A stretch of 64,000 nt of DNA from Bacteroidales bacterium UBA5762 (lineage in GTDB: Bacteria > Bacteroidota > Bacteroidia > Bacteroidales > TTA-H9): contig DIEY01000072.1 in NCBI GenBank assembly GCA_002418865.1, positions 51,881-115,880 of the forward strand. The letters run 5' to 3'. The notes under the pieces are model-generated. The model was given only the letters and a program-made list of their open reading frames with translations, was not told the DNA's origin and did no database searches. Shown here in pieces: positions 39,035 through 46,966 of the stretch. Positions within the stretch are counted from its first letter, which is position 1. Every line of letters starts with the position of its first letter. The position numbers and the translations under genes were made by a program.

Positions 39035-39559
39035 TTAGTCGATTTTTAATTGATTCAAAACATCCCATCGCGGATCTACTGGAGTTTCCTTAGGTGAGAG
39101 TTCTTCCAAAATTTCGAGATTCTGTTTGTTGCACCCCAAGTTTCCTTGCTCATCGGGTAAGTGTAAACGATGATAAGGCACCAATAAATGGATAAAATCA
39201 TATAGCATTGACGATACATCAACTTCGTGGCTTCCCTGAGGTAAAATTAATACATCATCATCTTCTTCCAAGTATTCTGATCCAAACTTGATAAAAACAA
39301 CTTCTTTCCCAGAAATAGGCTGCATATATTCATAGGCGCAGCGATCACATACCACTTCAACTTCACCATGAATATCAAAACTTAATACAAGCATCTTTTC
39401 TTGTTTTTCTAAGTCCAAATCTACTTTCACTTGGCCAACATGAATTTCCGTTTCTTCGAAACATTCGAAAAAATCGGATCCAATGTCAAAATCGAAATGA
39501 TGATGACCCAATGATAAGCCTTTAAACCCCAGATGATATGGTTTTAATCTATTCGACAC
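39035..39559 (-). CDS. yceD: YceD/DUF177 23S rRNA accumulation protein; GTG start probably 39559
   Basis: FKGL..G.H.FDF, VVCDRC, DPRWDVL; upstream of rpmF; -7 box at 39580-39587. Confidence 0.9.
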   Translation of the reverse strand: MSNRLKPYHLGFKGLSLGHHHFDFDIGSDFFECFEETEIHVGQVKVDLDLEKQEKMLVLSFDIHGEVEVVCDRCAYEYMQPISGKEVVFIKFGSEYLEEDDDVLILPQGSHEVDVSSMLYDFIHLLVPYHRLHLPDEQGNLGCNKQNLEILEELSPKETPVDPRWDVLNQLKID

Positions 39560-39641
39560 CTTTTTCACAAATCGGGGGGCAAAATTACAAAATAAAATGA
39601 ATGAATATGAAAATAGAAATAAAAGGGAAGCATTAGAATGA

Positions 39642-42600
39642 TTACTTGAAGGCTTTTTCAGGCAAACCATCGCCCTGAATGCTTAAACGAGGAAAATATT
39701 CAGGTACTGATCTTCCCATAAGCTTATCAACATACATTTTAGCGAGATATTGACCCAACATAAAGCCTTGTCCACGAAGTCCTACAAATAATCCTAAATC
39801 GGGATCTATAATCATGCGAGGTTCAACATAATAACCTGCCCAAACAGCTTGAAAACCAACCGAAGATAATTCAGGCAACCAATCCACAAATACCTCCGAA
39901 ACGATTTCAAGAAATTCTTTTGTGTTGATTTTCAGATTTTTAGATGTTTCCGCGGGATCTACAGCAGGAGAAGCACATCCAATTACTTGTCCAGTTTCGG
40001 CAAGCTGTTGTCCATAAACTGCAACAAAACCCTTATATTTTCTTCTATCAATCAACATAGGAAGCGGAATATTGTCAACTCCCAGCATTGGCATACGACG
40101 TGTAATAAATGCCTGATGACGAACAGGATACAGGCCTGTCTCTATACCAAGACGACGGGCAAATTGTCCTGCTTCAGGTCCCAAGGCATTGATGAAGATT
40201 TCTGTGCTGTATTCAATGTATTGTTTGGTATGATCTTGCACCAAAACTTGAAATTCATTTCCATTCTTTTTTACATCTATCAATTTACAATCTTCCAAAA
40301 TTGTACCTCCATGCTGAATTCCAATTTGACGGATTAAATCGATGGTTTTGCCCGGAGTAGCTTGCCAACAATTATAAGTAATCTGAGCCGCTATATAGGT
40401 TTTTAAACTTGGATTGAAAAATGGGGAAATACGTTTTGTAAAATCCTTCGGACTGATCATTTCGGCTTTGCTCCATGCCATAGCAGCTTCTAAGGCCTTA
40501 TACATATCTTCATCATGCGCAAAATTTACGTATTGAATGGGATGATAATCAATGTTGCGTAATTGTTGTAATTCAATAAAAATCTGACGATTATGTTCCG
40601 CAATATCCGAAAGCTCAGGAACGCTGAAATTGGGTCGGCCTCCTGCGATATTTCTCCATGAAGAACCACGGCCAAAATTAACCAAAACAGGTTTCTTACT
40701 GGCTTCGGATAAATATCTAAAAAGAGCACTACCACCTATCCCTCCACCAGCTATGATGGCTTCGACCTTGATTTTTTTAATAGGCTTGTTGACGATATAG
40801 TTCTCCTGCACAGGCCTAGGATATAACTCACCCAGTACAAGCTGATTCGACATTGGCCCTCGAGGTGTGGCTTCGCCAACAATCTGAATTCCATAATCCT
40901 TTATTTTACTCTTTAATCGAGGTATGCAACGCTTGCCACGACATGCTCCCATCCCTAAACGAGTAGTATGTTTTATTTCATCAATGGAAATAAATTTCCT
41001 TTCACCTACCACTTCTAATATTTCCTCCATTTTTACGTCATCACAATGACAAATATAACTTTCAGCAGGGACTTGTTCATCATAAGGTTGAAGTTCGAAT
41101 GGTTCGGGATAATTTTCCTTTACTATAAAACTACGCACTTGAGTAAGATCTTCTCCATGCAAGCTAAATGACTTTACACGAGCAATATGGGTTTTATTGG
41201 GTTTTCGAAGAATTTTATCGATCACTCCTTCCCCTAAAACTTTCCCATTATTGTCAACAAGAAAAACCTCTGCATTCTCTTTTACTTCATATTCAATGGG
41301 TAAAAATACCCAGTCGCGTTTTAGATTGTAGCCAAAAATAGCCAAGCCCGGACATTGATACACACAGTCCATACAGCCAATACATTTATTGAAATCGATG
41401 GAAGGCACTGTACTGGTGGAGGATTTGGTTATGGCACCATGAGGACATGAAAAAGCACAAGGATTACAGGCGAATCCATAAAGACAATCGATTAAAACGA
41501 ATCCTTTTGCTTCCATTCGTTCGCGTTCAGGACGGTAAGGCTGATCGATAATTTTTATAGGATGTTGTTGCGAATCGATATATTCTTTCGAAAGTGAGAG
41601 ATATTCATCATAATTCAAGCGTATTCCCATATCCATCAAAATTTCGTAGGCAACCTGCTTTCCCCTCAAAACCGCGCTCGTACCTTCTCCTATACGAATG
41701 GCATCGCCGGCTCCATAACATTTTCGCCCAAAAATTTCATTGCCTTTAATTAGCAATTGATCATCCGAAACCAATCCCGTACAAATATTGATAGCATCGA
41801 TACCTTCTACCACGGTTTCCGTTCCCGGAATAGGATGGAAATTTTCGCAACGCGCTATTACAGCGCCTATAATTCCCGTTGAATCAGAATTGGGAATGGC
41901 TTTAAGAAGTATATGTGAAGTCAAAATAGGGATTCCTAACCTTCTTACTCTATTAGCCTGCACAGGAAACCCCCCTTCGAAAGGCTGAGCTTCCAAAATA
42001 GCCTTTACCCTTGCACCTGCTTGCATCAGCTGGTATGAAGTCAAATATCCTATATTGCCGGCTCCAACCGTTAAAACATTTTTACCCAAAAGGGTAAACT
42101 GCATATTCATCATTTTTTGAACCACAGCAGCCGTGTATACTCCCGGCAAATCATCATTTTCAAAGGTTGGCATAAAGGGTACGGCTCCAGTAGCTACAAC
42201 CAAATATTCTGTATCAATATAATAGATTCTATCGGTTGAAATTTCCTTAACTGCAATCCGCCCTCCCTCCAGAATATCCCATACCGTCGAATTCAGAAAT
42301 ATTCCTTCATGATTAGCTCCCGCAAGGGTTTGGGCAATATCGAAACCACGCATCCCTCCATATTTCTTTTCCTTCTCGAAAAAGAAAAACTGATGAGTTT
42401 GCATTAGAAATTGCCCACCTATCTTACTATTATTATCCACCACCAAATTATCTATTCCATATTCACGCAAAATCTCTCTGGCAGCTAAACCTGCTGGGCC
42501 TGCACCAATAATAACCACTTGTGTTTTATAAACATCAATGGGTTCATTCTTTGCATATTCTATAATATCAGGCCTATAATCATGCGGAATTTCCTTCACT

Positions 42601-42866
42601 TCCTTTACTTCATCCACCAGAGTAATACAAATACGCTTCACCTGGCCATCCACCAACATCTCACATGCACCGCATTTGCCTATACCACACTCCAAACTTC
42701 GCTTACGATTGCGTAAACTATGGCTGTGTACTGGAAATCCGGCCTGATGCAAGGCAGCTGCAATGGTAAAACCTTTTTCGGCTTCGATGATGTGCTCATC
42801 AAACTGAAAAGTTACCTTTTCAGCCTTGGGAATCTCAAGAATGGGATGAGTAGTAATTTTATACAT
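39642..42866 (-). CDS. Multidomain Fe-S flavoprotein: [2Fe-2S] + FAD/NAD oxidoreductase + 2x[4Fe-4S] + BFD-like [2Fe-2S] + DAO-family FAD dehydrogenase
   Basis: CGIGKCGAC..C; GAGPAG and GAGNIG; CLYGFACNPCAFSC and CIGCMDCVYQC; ICHC..GMGACRGKRC; AGGGIGG, PVRHQ, WAGYY, GQGFML. Confidence 0.88.
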   Translation of the reverse strand: MYKITTHPILEIPKAEKVTFQFDEHIIEAEKGFTIAAALHQAGFPVHSHSLRNRKRSLECGIGKCGACEMLVDGQVKRICITLVDEVKEVKEIPHDYRPDIIEYAKNEPIDVYKTQVVIIGAGPAGLAAREILREYGIDNLVVDNNSKIGGQFLMQTHQFFFFEKEKKYGGMRGFDIAQTLAGANHEGIFLNSTVWDILEGGRIAVKEISTDRIYYIDTEYLVVATGAVPFMPTFENDDLPGVYTAAVVQKMMNMQFTLLGKNVLTVGAGNIGYLTSYQLMQAGARVKAILEAQPFEGGFPVQANRVRRLGIPILTSHILLKAIPNSDSTGIIGAVIARCENFHPIPGTETVVEGIDAINICTGLVSDDQLLIKGNEIFGRKCYGAGDAIRIGEGTSAVLRGKQVAYEILMDMGIRLNYDEYLSLSKEYIDSQQHPIKIIDQPYRPERERMEAKGFVLIDCLYGFACNPCAFSCPHGAITKSSTSTVPSIDFNKCIGCMDCVYQCPGLAIFGYNLKRDWVFLPIEYEVKENAEVFLVDNNGKVLGEGVIDKILRKPNKTHIARVKSFSLHGEDLTQVRSFIVKENYPEPFELQPYDEQVPAESYICHCDDVKMEEILEVVGERKFISIDEIKHTTRLGMGACRGKRCIPRLKSKIKDYGIQIVGEATPRGPMSNQLVLGELYPRPVQENYIVNKPIKKIKVEAIIAGGGIGGSALFRYLSEASKKPVLVNFGRGSSWRNIAGGRPNFSVPELSDIAEHNRQIFIELQQLRNIDYHPIQYVNFAHDEDMYKALEAAMAWSKAEMISPKDFTKRISPFFNPSLKTYIAAQITYNCWQATPGKTIDLIRQIGIQHGGTILEDCKLIDVKKNGNEFQVLVQDHTKQYIEYSTEIFINALGPEAGQFARRLGIETGLYPVRHQAFITRRMPMLGVDNIPLPMLIDRRKYKGFVAVYGQQLAETGQVIGCASPAVDPAETSKNLKINTKEFLEIVSEVFVDWLPELSSVGFQAVWAGYYVEPRMIIDPDLGLFVGLRGQGFMLGQYLAKMYVDKLMGRSVPEYFPRLSIQGDGLPEKAFK

Positions 42867-42899
42867 AATATTTCTTTCCTTTATGTTAATGCAAAAACA

Positions 42900-42917
42900 T
42901 TGTGAATTATTTCACAG
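42900..42917. promoter_or_regulatory. Rex-like (or CRP/FNR-like) operator TTGTGAA-TTAT-TTCACAG
   Basis: 13/14 defined positions match TTGTGAA-N4-TTCACAA; abuts the -7 box CAAAATTA (42918-42925) of the Fe-S flavoprotein gene. Confidence 0.7.
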
Positions 42918-43098
42918 CAAAATTACTGGGATTATCTTTTATGATTGAATCTTATCTTTAAAAAGTTCCTATTCATAATTATTTCAAATAATAATTCAAA
43001 AAATTGATTTATATTGAATTTCGATAATTCACTACTTGGATATAAAACATTAGAGTCGAAAAAATTAAAAATAACCATAATAGATTTAAACCTCTTCT

Positions 43099-43106
43099 TA
43101 ACTTTG
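43099..43106 (+). promoter_or_regulatory. -7 box TAACTTTG for proline dehydrogenase
   Basis: Consensus match 34 nt upstream of the ATG. Confidence 0.65.
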
Positions 43107-43140
43107 AATTGTTATAAAGCAAAATATAAATACGAATTCC

Positions 43141-44310
43141 ATGTCACTAGATTTCAACGATACTTCAATAGCCTATGCTCGAATGAGTGATACAGATTTG
43201 AAAAAAGCCCAGTTTCTCTTTCGGCTCATTTCATCTCCAAAATTGGTAAATGCAGGCAAACAGCTTTTGAATGGACTTTTAAGAATTCATTTCCCTGTTG
43301 ATTGGGCCATCAAACCAACCGTTTATCATCAGTTTGTTGGTGGAGAAGAGCTTGAGCATTGTAGCCAGATTATAAACTTGTTAAGCCAATACAACGTTAA
43401 ATCCATATTAGACTATTCGGTCGAAGCCATCCAAGATGATGATGCCATAAATAAAGTATTAAACGAAACTCTTCGTTCTATTCGTTTTGCTGCAAAAAAT
43501 CCCGATATTCCTTTTGCCGTGTTTAAACCATCGGCTTTCATTCAACCTCAGATTCTCGACAAAATAGAACATCCCGAAACATTATCCCAGGATGAGCATG
43601 CACAGATTGAACAGTTTAAAAACAGAATCGATATACTTTGTCACGAATCGGCTTCACTTGGGCAACCCATCCTCATAGATGCCGAACATACTTGGTATCA
43701 AGGATTAATTGATGAGATTGCGGAAGAAATGATGTTACAATACAATAAAGAACACACTATTGTATATAATACTTTGCAAATGTATCGCATCGACAGAATT
43801 TCATTTCTTCAACAACAAATTCAAAAAGCCCATGAAAACGGATATTTACTTGGGTTAAAGTTTGTGAGGGGGGCTTATATGGAAAAAGAAAGAGACAGAG
43901 CTCGAAAGTATGGTTATGCATCACCTATACACCCTGATAAAGCCTCTACCGATAGAGCCTTTAATGAAGCACTGAAAATCTCCATAGAAAATATGGATGT
44001 GACTTCTATATTTTGTGGCACACATAACGAAGAAAGCTGCCTTTACCTAACACAACTTATGCAGGAAAGAGACATAAATAAGAATAATAACAACATTTGG
44101 TTTTCACAGTTATATGGCATGAGTGACCATATCAGTTTCAATCTTGCCATGAATGGCTATAATGTTGCTAAATACATACCTTATGGTCCTGTTAAAAATG
44201 TAATGCCTTATCTAATTCGTAGAGCTGAAGAAAACACTTCGGTTGCCGGGCAAACAAGCCGTGAGCTTCGACTCCTTCAAAAAGAAATCGAAAGAAGAAA
44301 ACTAAGATAA
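43141..44310 (+). CDS. Monofunctional proline dehydrogenase (PutB/PRODH)
   Basis: LIDAE, YNTLQMYR, KFVRGAYMEKE, GTHN, QLYGMSD, KYIPYGP, PYLIRRAEEN. Confidence 0.93.
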   Translation: MSLDFNDTSIAYARMSDTDLKKAQFLFRLISSPKLVNAGKQLLNGLLRIHFPVDWAIKPTVYHQFVGGEELEHCSQIINLLSQYNVKSILDYSVEAIQDDDAINKVLNETLRSIRFAAKNPDIPFAVFKPSAFIQPQILDKIEHPETLSQDEHAQIEQFKNRIDILCHESASLGQPILIDAEHTWYQGLIDEIAEEMMLQYNKEHTIVYNTLQMYRIDRISFLQQQIQKAHENGYLLGLKFVRGAYMEKERDRARKYGYASPIHPDKASTDRAFNEALKISIENMDVTSIFCGTHNEESCLYLTQLMQERDINKNNNNIWFSQLYGMSDHISFNLAMNGYNVAKYIPYGPVKNVMPYLIRRAEENTSVAGQTSRELRLLQKEIERRKLR

Positions 44311-44382
44311 TGAGGTAACCTTCTTTAGTAGAATCGGCCGCAGATTATCTGCCTCCACTTTTTGATTAAATATTGATAATTA

Positions 44383-44961
44383 TCATTTTTGAAGCCGGCC
44401 TAATTTCTCAACTTTGTCGAGCCAATGCTGCCTTGTTTTTTCATCAGATAGCTTAACCTTACTAAAGGTAGTCTTTTTTACAGGTCGAATCCCACAAAAT
44501 TCCAATAGTGCCCTTTTTATAGAATTATGTCCAGGACTTTTGTATATTATCGAATAATACCACTTTGGTGAATCCATAGTAACAATAAGGCGAGCCGATT
44601 TCCCAGTCAACAGTTTATCCCACCTCAATGAATTTTCATGGTATTTAAAACTAAATCCAGGAAGAAAAATTCTGTCGATAAATCCTTTGAAAAGAGCAGG
44701 ATAAGTTCCCCACCAGGTAGGGTAAACGAACACTAAATGGTCTGAGTCTATGATGCTTTGCTGAATGCTGATGAGATCGGGTTCTAATTCCATTCGTTTT
44801 CTATAACCATATTGCAAAATAGGATTAAAATGCAAATCAATAAGATGGATTAGCTTACAATTAGCACCAGTGGCTTCAGCTCCTCTTTTGTAACTTTGAG
44901 CCAAACCGCTGCATAGGCTTTCCTTATCAGGATGCCCATTCAAAATGAGAATATTTTTCAT
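44383..44961 (-). CDS. Flavodoxin-like fold NAD(P)H:quinone oxidoreductase (Flavodoxin_2 family); start 44961
   Basis: ILILNGHP, VFVYPTWWGTYPALFKGFIDR, LLTGKSARLIVT, LLEFCG. Confidence 0.88.
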   Translation of the reverse strand: MKNILILNGHPDKESLCSGLAQSYKRGAEATGANCKLIHLIDLHFNPILQYGYRKRMELEPDLISIQQSIIDSDHLVFVYPTWWGTYPALFKGFIDRIFLPGFSFKYHENSLRWDKLLTGKSARLIVTMDSPKWYYSIIYKSPGHNSIKRALLEFCGIRPVKKTTFSKVKLSDEKTRQHWLDKVEKLGRLQK

Positions 44962-45199
44962 AGTAACTTTACATATTGCATTCAAACTGCAATCAATAAG
45001 CTATCAAATTCTTATTTTTCCCCATTAATTATATCGTATAAACCACCATGACTTGAATAATTAGGATTAGTGGAGTATAAAACACTTCTTGAGGAATTTC
45101 AAAAACAAATGCAGCTTATTTTTTAAGGATAGATGGTTTTGCATAAGAACCAAGGGGATAGCGAAGGCAACAAATTCATTTCAAATATGCTACTAAGGA

Positions 45200-46582
45200 T
45201 CAATGCTCAACCTTTTCGAGTTCAACCGTAAAATGACGCATAATAGGAGCTTCCCATGAAATTCGATATCCATGTTGGATATTCAAACGACGGTCCCAAA
45301 TATTTTTGATTGCAACGGCCACGACGTCCATGTGATTATTAGTGTAAACTCTTCTAGGAATAGCCAATCGAACCGTTTCGAGAGCCGGATAACGGTCCTC
45401 ACGTGTAATAGGATCTCTGTCGGCTAATAAAGTTCCAATTTCTACGGCACGGATTCCGGCTTCAAGGTAGATTTCGATAGCAAGTGTTTGAGCCACATAT
45501 TCTTTACGCGGAACATTAGGCAGAAACTTCAGTGCATCCACAAAAACTGCATGTCCGCCAACAGGTTGTTGTATAGGAATTCCAAAATCGGTGAGTCGTT
45601 TCCCGAGATATTCTACTTGACGTATACGTGTCTCTAAATATTCGAAAGTAGTACTCTCGCGCAGACCTTCTGCCATTGCATTCATATCTCGTCCCGCCAT
45701 GCCTCCATAAGTAATATATCCTTCGAACATGATGTTGAAAGTAGTGGCTTGCCTAAAAATTTCTTCAGAACGAAATCCTATGAATCCACCAATGTTGACA
45801 ATTCCATCTTTTTTACCACTCATAGTAGATAAATCGGCATAAGAATACATTTCGGTAACAATTTCTCGAATCGATTTTTCTTTATATTCTGGCTCACGTA
45901 GTTTGATGAAATAAGCATTTTCTGCAAAACGAGCCGAATCGTAACAAACGGGAATGCCATATTTATTAGCTAAAGCTTTTACTTCACGCAGATTCTGCAT
46001 CGAAACAGGTTGTCCCCCTGAAGTGTTGCAAGTAATAGTCATCAAAATAAAAGGAATATTCTCTTTTGGATTGGATTTTAGCACATCTTCGAGTTTCTGC
46101 AAATCCACATTCCCTTTGAAAGGATGAGAAATACTGGTATCGAAAGCTTCATTTATGCTACAGTCAATAGCTACTGCATGTCGAAACTCAATATGACCTT
46201 TAGTAGTATCGAAAGGCGAATTGCCCGGGATAACGTCACCAGGTTTAACCAGGGCCGAAAATAAAACGTTCTCTGCAGCGCGCCCTTGATGTGTTGGCAG
46301 AAAATATGGGAAACCAAATATTTCATAAATGGCCTGTTTCAGCTTGTAATATGAAGTTGCTCCGGCATAACTTTCATCGCCAAGCATCAGCTCACTCCAC
46401 TGACGGTCACTCATGGCTCCTGTACCAGAATCAGTGATTAAATCAATATACACTTGCTCGCTTTTGAGATTGAATAAATTGTATCTGGCTTGTTTTATCC
46501 ATTCCTCCCTTTGAACCCGCGAGCTCCGATAGATGGGCTCTACCATCTTTATCCGGTAATATTCAGCAAATGGTAATTCCAT
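45200..46582 (-). CDS. tnaA: Tryptophanase (beta-eliminating lyase)
   Basis: IDLITDSGT, PTHQGRAAE, FDTT, SGKKD PLP lysine; C-terminal RHFT has His (tyrosine phenol-lyase has RFFT). Confidence 0.9.
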   Translation of the reverse strand: MELPFAEYYRIKMVEPIYRSSRVQREEWIKQARYNLFNLKSEQVYIDLITDSGTGAMSDRQWSELMLGDESYAGATSYYKLKQAIYEIFGFPYFLPTHQGRAAENVLFSALVKPGDVIPGNSPFDTTKGHIEFRHAVAIDCSINEAFDTSISHPFKGNVDLQKLEDVLKSNPKENIPFILMTITCNTSGGQPVSMQNLREVKALANKYGIPVCYDSARFAENAYFIKLREPEYKEKSIREIVTEMYSYADLSTMSGKKDGIVNIGGFIGFRSEEIFRQATTFNIMFEGYITYGGMAGRDMNAMAEGLRESTTFEYLETRIRQVEYLGKRLTDFGIPIQQPVGGHAVFVDALKFLPNVPRKEYVAQTLAIEIYLEAGIRAVEIGTLLADRDPITREDRYPALETVRLAIPRRVYTNNHMDVVAVAIKNIWDRRLNIQHGYRISWEAPIMRHFTVELEKVEH

Positions 46583-46674
46583 AAAATTAAATTTTAATGA
46601 TGAATTATATTCAATAAGATAGGGATTGAAAATCTATAGAAGTAAGGGGAGGGCAAATTATCTGCCCTAATTAA

Positions 46675-46755
46675 CTAAAGCGAGTAATCGTCGCGGCGCT
46701 TTATATGGCAATATCTGCAAAGTGCTAATAATGAAATCAGCTCAAACCACATCAT
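46675..46755 (-). CDS. Candidate tnaA leader peptide MMWFELISLLALCRYCHIKRRDDYSL (26 aa)
   Basis: Complete ATG..TAG ORF in the tnaA 5' region, one Trp codon, followed by a hairpin; not in the ORF track because of its length. Confidence 0.45.
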   Translation of the reverse strand: MMWFELISLLALCRYCHIKRRDDYSL

Positions 46756-46861
46756 TCAAATTTTCTGTGTAAAATTAAAAGAATTTATATTTTACAGCGC
46801 AAAATTCGAAAAAGAAAATTTTATAACCAACATTCATTTATTTTTCTTATAATTCCCTCTA

Positions 46862-46881
46862 TTTGTTAAATAATTAACAAA
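46862..46881. promoter_or_regulatory. Rex-like operator TTTGTTAA-ATAA-TTAACAAA
   Basis: Perfect 8-bp arms with a 4-nt spacer, overlapping the -33/spacer region of the promoter whose -7 box TACCTTTG is at 46889-46896. Confidence 0.65.
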
Positions 46882-46966
46882 AGCTCATTACCTTTGCTTT
46901 CGGCGGTATTGATCAACCTACTAAATATAGAATATTATAGATTAACATTTTACATTTTTCAAAATA

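Noticed and set aside
46702-46720. TGGCAATATCTGCA as a sigma54 promoter
   Set aside because: GG-GC spacing is 8, not 10, and it lies inside the leader ORF on the opposite strand
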